DNA of 64,000 bases from Paraspadella gotoi. Its lineage: Eukaryota; Animalia; Chaetognatha. The notes beneath the pieces are model-generated. The model did no database searches and was not told the DNA's origin. It was given only the letters and a program-made list of their open reading frames with translations. The stretch spans positions 12,402,263 through 12,466,262 of the forward strand of contig CM119264.1 in the NCBI GenBank assembly GCA_051294375.1, in the 5' to 3' direction. Below are positions 13,901 to 26,377 of this stretch, in pieces. Made by a program: the position numbers and the translations under genes. Numbering within the stretch: the first letter of the stretch is position 1; the number at the start of each line of letters is the position of its first letter.

Positions 13901-15041
13901 TAAATATTAACCCCCGCGCTCTACCTGACAGATAGTAAAAACATAGTTTTTCTTTCTATGGTCTTAGAAACAACAAAAAAATTGGACGGCTTGACTATCA
14001 GTTTCAACTTAAAACCATTCATTTGATTCTTTATCAGCATTCAAGATTGCAGAATTTAAACTTTTCTTTCTATTTATCTAGTAGTAGAAAGACAATAAGC
14101 TATCCGAACCCATACTGATATATGAATTGATTTGTTCTATTTTACAAAGATTCAAGCAGGTTTTTGGGAAAAGGGAAAAAACGGTTCTGACCAAGTTCAT
14201 TTTAAAATAACCAATTTTGGGCATGATAAAATGGGAAATTTCGATCGCGCTCTACCCCGTTGGCTTCCCAAGAGCAAGCTTTCGAAATCTACCCGATATT
14301 GATATAATTTTATATGGGGCTTGACTATGCAAAGTTTTTGAATAGAAAGTAAAATATAAAGGAATCTTGAATCAGAACTTCGAATTCGAACGATTCGCAG
14401 CCCTACTATATTTTGGTAATCACTTTAAACTCCTAAAATTTTTTTTCCGTCTATATAACTTTTCCTTCCTACAAGGAGGATTTGACTCTTACTTTTTCTA
14501 CTATGACTATAATGAGCATTTTCCCTTTATTTTCTATAGAAATTTGCTCTTCTGTCTGCACCCACTAGATATTCACTTGCATTGCATTTTACAAAATAGC
14601 AAATTTTTATATGTTTTAGTCTTAATAAACCAGAGGGCGATACAAACAAAAGAACATTTTTAAAAACAAAATAGCAATAAAATTTAGTTTAATTATACCT
14701 ACCAGAGGTTTTAATCTTTTTTCTGAAACAAAAGAACTTTCTCTTGTTGTAGCTGAGAAAATTGTTTTAGTTCGATCTACTTTCATGAGACAATTTGTAT
14801 ATTATGTTCCAAACCTCTCGCTGTGATTTTTTTTACATCTTTTTATTGTTGTTTTGTCTGACTTTCTGTCTGTTTGTCTGTCTTTCTTTTTTCTATTCAT
14901 CTTCTTGCCAAGATTCCTGGGCCTCGTCTTTTGAAAACCGTGGAGAATTCACAGGGGAAGAGAGAAATACAAAGATGAAAAGAAAGCAAGAGAGAGAGAG
15001 AGAAAACGAGCTTGCAAGGGAGACTGAAAGAGAGAGAGACT

Positions 15042-15086
<45 letters not shown>

Positions 15087-15419
15087 CGAGTGTGTATCCA
15101 TAACACAAAAAGGATGAGGTCAAGCGAAATGGGCAGAAGGAGAAAGGAGTCGTTTTGGTGGCGTGAAGGACGACGACGACGACGACGACGACGACGATTC
15201 TGCACGGAGAAGGCGATAAAGAAGAAAACGTGAATGATGACGATGACGACGAAAAAGAGGAGAAATATGACGACGAAGATGGCGACTAAAAAGACAAGGA
15301 CAACGAGAGAGAGAGAGAGAGAGAGAGGGCGTCGAGGACGCCCCTTGCGATTCTCTATGGCTTCCATTCTCTCAGGTCAGACTCACGAATTTAGGGAGCG
15401 GCAGAAAGGGAGAGAAAGA

Positions 15420-15460
<41 letters not shown>

Positions 15461-15985
15461 AGAGAGGAAGAGAGTGGAGAGAGAGAGAGAGAGAGAGAGA
15501 GAGGACAAAGAGAAGCCCGTTCTATCAGGCAAAGAATCGAGATAATTGACGTTTAATTCCAAGAACGACGACAACAAACTTTAATCTGAAAGAAAAATCC
15601 CAGTCCAACCCAACGGATGGATTTCAATAACATCGAGCGCATTGAATGGCAATCGAGGGCAACAATGGCGTCGATGGTAAAGAATGGCACTGGCGTCATT
15701 GAATGGCGTCATTGAATGTCGCTGCAGGGCCACCATATTGAATCCCTAAGAATCACGGATCACGCGATCGATGCTCGATTCTTTAGTGTAGATTCGTAAG
15801 AAGATCCGAACCCTACTCCCTCGCGAAGGATACGAACCCCACCGTTGGAGGGATGGATGCGAACGCTCGCATCGGGACTCGGACTCAGTCACGGTCAAAT
15901 CTCATCTCTTCTTTAATGGTTTTTCGACCTCCAAAGGTTTTCGCTTTCCGATGACAATTAGGGACCGGGGCAATCAATGCAAATG

Positions 15986-16038
<53 letters not shown>

Positions 16039-17239
16039 GAGAGGGAGAGAGAGAGAGAGGGAGAGAGAGAGAGAAGAGAAGAGAGAGAGAGAGAGAGGAG
16101 AGAGAGAAACGTAAGACATTTCTTTCTCTCTTTTTAGATCTTCGGAGGAGAGAGAGAGAAAGTGGCGAAATATTCGTAATTGAAGAGTTCGCAATTAGAG
16201 ATTCGATGATTCAATTTATCGAAGTCGTTAATTCGCGGTCATTGAGGCGGAGGAGGAAACTCGAAAAGGAAAAGAAGTAAAAAGGAAAGAGGGGAAAAGT
16301 ACAAAGTCTCAAAAATGGGGAAAAAAAAGGCCGAATAAGTCGTCACTATTTAGATTGGGTTCGAAGAAAGACCGAGGAAGGCAAGAGCGGAAAGGAGAGA
16401 GAGAAAAAAAAATCGGTGATGGAACAGAAGGAAAAAATAGGAAATTGGAAGAAGAAGGAATTTGGAGGAAAGGAAAGAAAAAAGGAAGAAATTATACGAA
16501 GAAAAATCGAAGGACGAAAGGAGAGAGAAAAATCATGAAATAAGAAGTCGATGACGAGAAGTAAACACGAGTCATCCGAGTACTGAATAATAATAATAAC
16601 CTAATAACCTAAATCGGATAAAATTAAAATACCGATCGACAAATAATTAAAGAGACGAAAGAGATCAATTTATCTACATTCAGCCCTTTTTATTTGGTTC
16701 TTTATTTTCACTTACTATTTCGCTTTTTTTTTTCGATCTCGTTAAGCTCGAGTTTCACTTTGCAAGAAAATGAAAAGAAATTAGAGAGAAAAAAAAAAAG
16801 AAGAAGAAGAAGAAGAAGAGAGGAGGAGAAACGAGCGACGGGAGATCGAAAGGTCAAAAGGAGAAAGAAAATGGGGAGGAAAAAGGAAGAAAAAAGACAA
16901 ACCCCCCCCCCAAAAAAAGGGCAAAAAAGAGGAAAGATATGGCAGGAAATTCAGGTGAGGGATGGAAACTATTTCGTACGTAAAAGATGGCGGCTGGCGA
17001 AAAAAGAGGAAAAGGAAAAAAAAAAGGGAAAAAAAGTGACGAAGAAGATGACAGAAAAAATGGTGAAGCGTCTTTCTATCAAAATGAAAAAGAGATAAAA
17101 AACTTAAGTTTCATAGAAAAACTGGAGAATTTTTATATTTTCGAATTTTGGTGGTTTTGGTTTTAAGTATTTTACCGTCAGTTTTTATTTTCACATATCC
17201 TCATAAATTGGAAGCGCATGGTCAGAGAGAGAGTGAGAC

Positions 17240-17274
<35 letters not shown>
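10843..17274 (-). repeat. Right arm of about 6.5-kb inverted repeat
   Basis: Reverse complement of 4030-10676. Starts immediately after a 25-N gap (10818-10842) and ends in (AG)n at another gap. Confidence 0.95.
11970..13276. repeat. Mirror copy of the GTATGCATAC satellite array
   Basis: Tandem GTATGCATACTTTGAAAAAA units, reverse complement of 8217-9545. Confidence 0.95.
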
Positions 17275-17404
17275 NNNNNNNNNNNNNNNNNNNNNNNNNN
17301 NNNNNNNNNNNNNNNNNNNNNNNNNNNNNNNNNNNNNNNNNNNNNNNNNNNNNNNNNNNNNNNNNNNNNNNNNNNNNNNNNNNNNNNNNNNNNNNNNNNN
17401 NNNN

Positions 17405-17437
<33 letters not shown>

Positions 17438-17543
17438 TTCACTCCCTCCCTGAAAATCTAGATTCAAAAGGAAAATCTAAAGAAGCCATTTCAAAGCTGA
17501 ACTCGTAGGGAAGGAACTTATCACGGCTCCTTTTACCGAGGCC

Positions 17544-17625
17544 GTCACCGGCGCCGTCGTCGTCGTCACCGGCGCCGTCGTCGTCGTCGTCACCGGCGCC
17601 GTCGTCGTCGTCGTCGTCGTCGACG
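17544..17625. repeat. Short tandem repeat (GTCACCGGCGCC+(GTC)n) x3
   Basis: Three visible copies with expanding GTC tails. Confidence 0.85.
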
Positions 17626-18077
17626 CCAACTTGTCTGCGACATCGCAGTAGACTTTCTAGTTGTCATCATGTCCTGCAATGAAAACTGTCATACTCTTTT
17701 TGTTACTCCCGGATTCAAAATCTTTCTAAACTGTTACTTTTGACGGAAACAATTACAACGGCTTTATTTTTATTATTACATAAAAATAATTATCAACGTT
17801 CAATTATAAAAAAAAATGCTCTCGTTTTGATAAATTGAAGATAAAGGAAAAGAAAAAGGTTAGAGTCGACTTCCCTATCCCTATCTCAATGTGTCGATTG
17901 ATCTCACTAGCCGATTGACTTGACCAATCAAACAACCTTGCCTGTCGATTAACATCACTCCTCACTAGAGTGATGTGAAAAAGATAAAATTTTAGAAAAT
18001 TAAAATTTAGCATATAAAACATGAACATAAAAACCAATAAAAATATTTTGGTAAATTTATTTTTTAATTTTATACAT

Positions 18078-18476
18078 TAGTGGGCACCAGTGAGCTATAT
18101 TTATATATAGTAATAAGTATACAATAGGCTAAAATTTCAGAATACAAATTTTAAAATTTTAAGATCGAATTTGGATTCCTTGCAAAAAGTTATTATAAGA
18201 AAGTACAATACTTTTTTAAAAATTCTTTCATTAAGTTGGTCAAAAATGTAAAAAACTATATTTAAGACGCCGATTTTAAATTTCCAGCTTAAAAATATAG
18301 TTTTTTGTAATTTTAACCTACTTAATGATATAATTTTTGAAAAAGATTTATACTTTCTTTTATTAACTTTTAACGAGGAATCTGAATCTGTTCTCAGAAT
18401 TAAAAAAAAACTATTTTGAAAATTTGACTTTATATAAGGGTAGTACTATATAAAAAATAAGCTGACTGGGCTACTA
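18078..18476. mobile_element. Old foldback/MITE-like element (imperfect 400-bp palindrome)
   Basis: Nested inverted matches: TAGTGGGCACCAGTGAGCTATATTTATATATAGTA / TACTATATAAAAAATAAGCTGACTGGGCTACTA; GGATTCCTTGCAAAAAGTTATTATAAGAAAGTA / TACTTTCTTTATTAACTTTTAACGAGGAATC; CATTAAGTTGGTCAAAAATGTAAAAAACTATATTTAAG / CTTAAAAATATAGTTTTTTGTAATTTTAACCTACTTAATG. Centre at about 18280. Confidence 0.7.
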
Positions 18477-19057
18477 TATTTATAAAAAAAGAAAAATAAT
18501 TACAGATTAGTATTCACTAATATGATAGTTTTCAAGATATAACTGCTAAATTTTGATTCCAAACTTTCACTTCACCCTACTCCTCACTGAATGAGATGTC
18601 CATCGAGTCGGTCGATTTCACTATTGTCAATGAGTCAGTGAGTCACCAGTCAGCAATCTAGAAAAATATCCTCCACTGAATGAGTCAATTCCTCCAAATG
18701 ACTTCTCCTACCATCGATCAAACCTGACAATACTGTCAATAGATCTCACCTATCGGTTGATCTAACCACTCAATTAACCTTACCTTAACAGCAATGACCA
18801 AATTCTCTGTCAATCGAATATATTTTAATCTCCTCACCTGTTTATCAACCTCATTGATCACCGAATAAGTCGACCTCACCCGTCGATCGACCTTACCTCT
18901 CCATCGCGGACCGAGAGTCTCTGCCGAGTGAGTTCAACCTCACCTCGCGACGGAGACTCGAACGAGAGAGAAAAGAAATCGGCGGGAAAGAGAATTGGCG
19001 CCGGAGGCAGAATCCTCGGCGCCGACGAGAAAAAAAAAAGAAAAAAAGAAAAAAAAA

Positions 19058-20082
19058 TGGCGCCAGAAGACGAAACGGATGTCAGAGGAGACGATTATTT
19101 CTCCAACGACGACGACGACGATAACAGTGTTGACGACGACGATGATGACAGTGGAGATGAAGACGATGATGACGATGATGACAGTGGCGATGAAGACGAT
19201 GATGACAGTGGAGATGAAGACGATGACNNNNNNNNNNNNNNNNNNNNNNNNNNNNNNNNNNNNNNNNNNNNNNNNNNNNNNNNNNNNNNNNNNNNNNNNN
19301 NNNNNNNNNNNNNNNNNNNNNNNNNNNNNNNNNNNNNNNNNNNNNNNNNNNNNNNNNNNNNNNNNNNNNNNNNNNNNNNNNNNNNNNNNNNNNNNNNNNN
19401 NNNNNNNNNNNNNNNNNNNNNNNNNNNNNNNNNNNNNNNNNNNNNNNNNNNNNNNNNNNNNNNNNNNNNNNACAGTGGCGATGACGACGACGATAACAGT
19501 TTTGACGACGAAGATGATGACAGTGGAGATGAAGACGATGACGATGATGACAGTGGCGATGACGNNNNNNNNNNNNNNNNNNNNNNNNNNNNNNNNNNNN
19601 NNNNNNNNNNNNNNNNNNNNNNNNNNNNNNNNNNNNNNNNNNNNNNNNNNNNNNNNNNNNNNNNNNNNNNNNNNNNNNNNNNNNNNNNNNNNNNNNNNNN
19701 NNNNNNNNNNNNNNNNNNNNNNNNNNNNNNNNNNNNNNNNNNNNNNNNNNNNNNNNNNNNNNNNNNNNNNNNNNATGAAGACGACGACGATGACGACGAC
19801 GTCAGTGGCGATGACGACGATGATGACAGTGGCGATGACGAAGACGATGACAGTGGCGATGAAGACGACTACGACAGTGGCGACGACGCCGACGATGACG
19901 ACTACGACATAGGCGACAGTGATGATTACAAAGTGCTGGACGAAATCCACTATGATGACGACGACGACGATGATGATGATGATTATGGTGACGTTTACGA
20001 TGATAATGATTTCGATGGTGGTCATGATTATCATTATGGGAAAGACGAAATGACGGTTGTGATGATGACTATTATTAACTAA
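19058..20082 (+). other. Asp-rich minisatellite (GACAGTGGCGATGAAGACGATGAT-like), possibly encoding a DDSGDEDDD-repeat acidic protein
   Basis: Open in one frame from ATG 19058 in the sequenced parts, but two N gaps (19228-19471, 19565-19774) make continuity unverifiable. No signal peptide is visible. Confidence 0.35.
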
Positions 20083-20931
20083 TCAACTAAGGAAAACGAT
20101 TACCGTAAAGTCGAGGTACAAAATAAAACAATGGACGACAGCTGCTTCATTCACGACGCATGACGACTAGTATGTCCATGACGAAAATGACCCGAACTAC
20201 TGATGATAGTGACTATGAAGATAATGATAATAATGATGAAGATGAAGACAAAAGAGAAGGATTACAATAAAAAGGGCGAACACGGTGACATAGCTGACGA
20301 TGATAGCGATGACGACGATGACGACGACGAAACGTTAGACGCCACGGGTCGACCACAGGTTAATGGCGCAAAACCCTGACGCGAATAAAGGGGAGTAGGT
20401 GNNNNNNNNNNNNNNNNNNNNNNNNNNNNNNNNNNNNNNNNNNNNNNNNNNNNNNNNNNNNNNNNNNNNNNNNNNNNNNNNNNNNNNNNNNNNNNNNNNN
20501 NNNNNNNNNNNNNNNNNNNNNNNNNNNNNAGGAAGGAAGGAAGGAAGGAAGGAAGGAAGGAAGATATGGAAAAAAAGAGACAAACGGGTTTAATATTTTT
20601 TAATAATCTGAAACAAAATAAACTTATTTGTATTGATCTCGTGATTGCTGCGGAATTTTGTTGCAAACGTCATTGCCTCAACGCATTTCGGGAAATCAGT
20701 TGGAGCCTGGAGGGAAGCTCATGTGTTTAATCATTTCATTAAGTTCCGCTCGACCTTTCGTACTAGTGTAAGGCGAATACCAAAAACTATACTTTCTTTA
20801 TTTACATTGCATTTACGTACTTGCTTAGAGAGCGTTAATGTAAGTAAAAGTAGAGAGCCGGCATTGACCAGTGAAAAGAGGGATAGAGAGAGTGAGAGAA
20901 GGAGTTTGTGTGTGTGAGAGAGAGAAAGAGA

Positions 20932-20983
<52 letters not shown>

Positions 20984-21169
20984 TAAGTAATAGGATTTCT
21001 TCGCGATGAGTAAGGAAAGAAAGAAAAGAATCCTTTCATAGCAAACATTTCGATCAATGTCAATCCACTCTAATCCAACAAATCTCGATATTAATCACGT
21101 TCGACCTTTTTGACGAAAAACCTCGCTTCTTACTTGAGCGAGAAGAAAAGTCTTTTTTTTTCTGTCGCA

Positions 21170-21677
21170 ATGAAAAAAAACATCATCATGAATTGGTCGA
21201 GATGTTTTTTGGTTGCGTCGCTGATCATAAGCGTGAATCTGAGCGTTCTAGACTTGGGCTCAGACTTGAACGCCGTCCGTCGATTTCTTCAATCCAACCA
21301 ATCTTACGAACATTACTTTGGCTGGGGCCTTATCGCCGTTTTCACTAATTACTGCTTGGTTTCATCAGCCTACGCTTTTATCGTCGTTGGCCGGAATCGC
21401 GAGAGTTTTCCGCGCTTGCTGAAGACACCCGCGAGAAAGTGGACGACTGCTTCTTTGATCTTGATAGGATTGGCTTCCCTCCCATTCTCGGTAGACCTTT
21501 GCTTGGACAATCTTGGTGGCGGGGTTAAAAGCACAATTCCAAAAAAAGAGGCTTTCCGTTTCTCATTGACTTTAATTGAAGTAATTTTAGAATCTTTCAC
21601 GCAATTGTTGATTCAGTCGGGATTACTGTATATCACTCTGACAAGCGGTTCCGAGAAACAATGTTTTCACGGAGATG
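21170..21677 (+). CDS. Exon 1 of XK-related (Xkr-like) multi-pass membrane protein
   Basis: ATG 21170; hydrophobic segments; Xkr-like motifs LSVLDLGSDL..(helix)..YFGW and IEVILESFTQLLIQ (cf. E.FLES.PQL.LQ); donor G|GTAAGC at 21677/21678, phase 1. Confidence 0.75.
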
Positions 21678-21889
21678 GTAAGCTTTTAACGTTTAATTAA
21701 TTATCACATAATTATTTAGTTCTAATTTGGTACATCACGACAGCAGTTCCCGTTACCTATAATTCAGTCATGGTTTAAACTCATTTGCAAAAAATGCAGT
21801 TGAACTTTTCTAATGCTAGATAGTACAAAAAATATTTTAAATAAAAAAATACATCTTTTTTTACTATTACGATATCAATAATAAGATAT

Positions 21890-22106
21890 GATATTATGGC
21901 AACGGGAGGATAGCCTGTGATACACGGGGCGCGGGGTATCTCACCAACTGGCGTAGGGGCTGCGGACCCTCAGTGACCGCCTCCTGTCACTGGCATGTTT
22001 ATACCGGCACCGTCACATTTAAGCCAGAACCGGGATACCCAGGGATTGAACCCGGGACGCACGGATGGAATGAGATGATTTAGCCTGCTCAGCCATTGAG
22101 ACGAGG
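21890..22106 (-). mobile_element. tRNA-derived SINE in the intron
   Basis: Minus strand has Pol III A box TGGCTGAGCAGG (22095-22084) and B box GGTTCAATCCC (22052-22042) at tRNA-like spacing, then a GC-rich body with hairpins and an AT-rich tail. No full cloverleaf. Confidence 0.65.
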
Positions 22107-22529
22107 CTGAGGACGGACAGCAGTGAGGCAGCTTTAAGTCTTGCTGCCACAATATGCTTCATTAAATAAACTGAAGTTGATCATGATAAAAGTACTTCTT
22201 AAAACACTGATAGATATATATTTAAAGAGGATAATCTTTTTAACCTGGTCTGTTACCAATTTCATAAAATATCAGCTCCCTATCCTGTATTTGATAGCTA
22301 GCTGGCGGCACCGAGCGAACAAGTACAATAAGTTATTCCCCGTAATCTAAATAGCTTTAAGGGAGTCGTGTACTTTTTCATACAACTTGAAACATTCTTT
22401 GAAATATTTTCCACTTCATTGATAGGGAAGTCCAGGTTACTCTTGGAGTGAATAAACCGAGTCTGGTGAGAGCAGTCTTGATTGAAAGCTGCAGGGACCT
22501 GCTATGTCATTATCTTGTAAGAGTGCAAT

Positions 22530-23396
22530 TGGAGGCCTTAAACCACCAAAGCCTGTCCAAAGTCAGGGGCAAGATAGGGCTATATTTATTAAATGATTGG
22601 ATAATTGTTTATATTGGTTGTTGTAATCCTTTTCATACAATNNNNNNNNNNNNNNNNNNNNNNNNNNNNNNNNNNNNNNNNNNNNNNNNNNNNNNNNNNN
22701 NNNNNNNNNNNNNNNNNNNNNNNNNNNNNNNNNNNNNNNNNNNNNNNNNNNNNNNNNNNNNNNNNNNNNNNNNNNNNNNNNNNNNNNNNNNNNNNNNNNN
22801 NNNNNNNNNNNNNNNNNNNNNNNNNNNNNNNNNNNNNNNNNNNNNNNNNNNNNNNNNNNNNNNNNNNNNNNNNNNNNNNNNNNNNNNNNNNNNNNNNNNN
22901 NNNNNNNNNNNNNNNNNNNNNNNNNNNNNNNNNNNNNNNNNNNNNNNNNNNNNNNNNNNNNNNNNNNNNNNNNNNNNNNNNNNNNNNNNNNNNNNNNNNN
23001 NNNNNNNNNNNNNNNNNNNNNNNNNNNNNNNNNNNNNNNNNNNNNNNNNNNNNNNNNNNNNNNNNNNNNNNNNNNNNNNNNNNNNNNNNNNNNNNNNNNN
23101 NNNNNNNNNNNNNNNNNNNNNNNNNNNNNNNNNNNNNNNNNNNNNNNNNNNNNNNNNNNNNNNNNNNNNNNNNNNNNNNNNNNNNNNNNNNNNNNNNNNN
23201 NNNNNNNNNNNNNNNNNNNNNNNNNNNNNNNNNNNNNNNNNNNNNNNNNNNNNNNNNNNNNNNNNNNNNNNNNNNNNNNNNNNNNNNNNNNNNNNNNNNN
23301 NNNNNNNNNNNNNNNNNNNNNNNNNNNNNNNNNNNNNNNNNNNNNNNNNNNNNNNNNNNNNNACTTTGGACAGGCTTTGGTGGTTTAAGGCCTCCA
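22530..23396. mobile_element. MITE / non-autonomous TIR element (interior mostly gap)
   Basis: Perfect 34-bp inverted repeat TGGAGGCCTTAAACCACCAAAGCCTGTCCAAAGT at 22530-22563 and 23363-23396; a diverged copy of the same end lies at 53864-53946. Superfamily and TSD not resolved. Confidence 0.6.
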
Positions 23397-23571
23397 TATA
23401 ATAATATATATTTATATATTGAGGTCTGTTGATCTGTACGGTCAGTGTATGGTCATTTCTAAAGCTGTGGACTGACCGACTGGGAAGAAAGAGGAGAGAG
23501 GAAGGGTTGAGAGAGAGAGAAACCGATCGTAAGTCCCCTCAATATTCATATATATATATTTATTGTTGCAG

Positions 23572-25457
23572 AAGAAACAACTGTGTATGGTTTTGATGAA
23601 AAGGGAAATGTGAACAACCTTAGCCTAAAATGTGAGTGTGACAAAGACACGCATACTGATATTGCGGTCGATCATTTGTGGATGTGCAGATGGAGAGTTC
23701 AAGATTGGTTTTTGTTCTTATCTATCATCATTTCGACCATAAGTTTGGCAAATACCTCAACGTCCCATCAAATGAAATCGCTCTGTAAAAATTCTCTCAC
23801 TACAACTAAATTATTGTTCTTTTGTCACAGTCTGGGTATAGTTCAAAAAATAATTGGAATGTCCATTTCTGTTTATCTCTTTTTCATTCTCGCTATTAGG
23901 GTTAATCCCCTGGTTTTTTTGTTCACGCCTTTGCTGATTTTTCGAGTTTTCAATTTGTCCGATCTTAATGTCTTGAGAAAGAATTTAGCCATTACAATGA
24001 ATTCTTTTTTAAATGATGTTTATAATACAAAAAATACCATTAAACTTTGGGAGTATGCTATTAGTATAGCTTGTTCTTCGTTTTTGATTTCTCTGTTGTG
24101 GACCGCCGATGAGCACTTAAAGCTTAGTTACATGAATGGTGATTCTGATCTGACTTGGGGGCTTGTCAAATACAGATACAATTTTATTCCGACGGTAAAA
24201 CTTATTAAAATCATGTTATTGCCCAATGTAACCAAATGCGCCATCGTTAACAACGTCATAGGAATATCAAAGTGGCCAAAAATTTTAGCCCATCTCGGTT
24301 ACAGTTTAAATCAAAGCGACTGCAAGGAAAGAATAAAAGTTTTCCCTACTGATTCTAATGTATTAAAATATTTGATAAAAACTAAATATATTCTTGGAAA
24401 CTATGAATACTTTAAACCTGACGATCTGCTACTACTCAAACTCATTTTGTGTGATCTCGTTTGTGGAATTTCCCATTTTGTGCTAATACTTGTAATAAAC
24501 AAAAAAATGTTATCCTCTGTATTATTTTTTATACCGCTTTTTTCTTTGCTGATCATTTTTTCAGGTAATACTATCTTCTTAATTCTGCTAAATTCCTTCA
24601 AAAAGTTTGTTCCAAATAGACAGAGTGAACAAACTTGGAAATTGTTTGTCAGTTTTTCCATCGAATCATCGCAGTTTAAAAATTTATTAACATACCTTTT
24701 TCAACACGCTCTGGTCATAATAATTCTTTCAGTGATCATTTTTTTCATTAATATCAAATCCAAAAAAAAATTTATATATTTGATAATATCGGGCTTTTTA
24801 TTTATCTCCTTTCCTCTTCTACTCATCGAAAAGATGCAAGGATTCTATGTTAAACAAGAAATTAATAAACAGATTGAACAGGTTTTTAAGACAGGTAAGG
24901 CATGTAATCGAGAAATTTATTTTCCAACGAATATGCAGTTGAAGCAAATTTGGTTAAACAGTCATCACAAAGTTTCCCTATTTGCCTACTCAAATAGTCA
25001 TTTTTATTACTATGTATCAATTTCATTTTTACCAATACAAGCGACTCTGTTTACCATAATTTTTTCACTTATCCCAAAAGTTTTTCGTAGAAATGTTATT
25101 TTTGTCTTTTCCCACACTGTGTTTAATACCGTTATTTATTTATTTCTTGTTGGATATGCCAAGCATCGTGGAACGATATTTCCTTCCCTTGAAAGTCATC
25201 ACATGTTAGTTCGCCCTTTTGCAAATGATAACTCAATATTTTCAAAAATGTTGTATTCTTTTTACTTTTTACGTCTATGTTGTCCGGTTCAAAAATATTT
25301 CGACATATTTACTTGTAATATGATAAACCTGTATAGCCTTGAGTGGAGTAATTTCACTGAGATTTTTGATCAAACGATTACCGAATTTCATAGTCTGCCT
25401 TGTTTTATGTTTATTATTTTACCGACAGCGATATTAATTTTTCATCATTCGAATTAA
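23572..25457 (+). CDS. Exon 2 (terminal) of XK-related multi-pass membrane protein, about 797 aa total
   Basis: Acceptor TTATTGTTGCAG| at 23571 joins exon 1 in frame (G|AA = Glu, ...HGD-E-ETTVYGFDEK). About 1.9 kb without a stop in AT-rich DNA, many TM-like segments, LSIIISTISLA matching the Xkr S...S..SLA helix, stop TAA at 25455-25457. Confidence 0.8.
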
Positions 25458-25799
25458 GAATGGATTTAATCCCATCCTGTTTATTAGACCACGATAACGA
25501 CGGCCACCCCTACATTAGCCACAACCGCCACAGATCACAAACACCATAATCACCGAAATTACCCCAATCAAAACAACAATAACCATTTAATCAATCATAT
25601 TTGATCTGATTAGCTGATTACATTTAAATTATCTTGGGCGGATCCGACCTTGTTTGCTCAAAATTGTTTTATATTATCACAGATGAATGAAATGATATTA
25701 TGATTTAAAGCGATACGAAATGGCGAAGAATGTATCAAATGTGTAGATTTTCAGAATCGCCTTCAGGTCAGCTTTATGATCTATTTTTGATTTAATTTG

Positions 25800-25946
25800 A
25801 ATAAAAAGTAGCATATCTTCGATGCTAAAACGAAAGTGTCAGAAAGTTATTCGTTTAAAAATGACTCAATTCGATTCCTTAAATGTTTACTTTATTTATA
25901 AACACAATTTCTTTTGTTTCTCTTTCTTAATTTGATGTCGAATAAA
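25800..25946 (+). terminator. Candidate polyadenylation signals for the Xkr-like gene
   Basis: AATAAA at about 25800 and 25941, 350-490 nt after the stop, with T-rich sequence downstream. Confidence 0.4.
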
Positions 25947-26272
25947 TATAAATTGGTACTTCATTAAATTTGAGTCAGAATACATTCGTTGTTTAAATAG
26001 TAGGTAGACGTAAATCAGGCGACAAGCAGTTTTTCTTTCCTTTGTCTTTTCTTCCTTTTACTTCTTTCTCCGAACCACTCAATCCATCCTCTTTTCTTTC
26101 TCTCCCTCTTCTTTTAATTTCTCCGCTATTCTCACACAGATTTGCTTTTTTCTCTAACTCCTTTGTTCCTTTTTTCTTATCACCCCTCGTCAATGTCTTC
26201 TCCCTTTCCGGTCCCAACCCACTCGAATCTCATTTCCGCAACCCCCTATTCCCCGGATGAAAAAGGAGCCTC

Positions 26273-26377
<105 letters not shown>

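Noticed and set aside
22030-22106. Possible tRNA gene
   Set aside because: No convincing acceptor or anticodon stems; continues into a SINE-like body.
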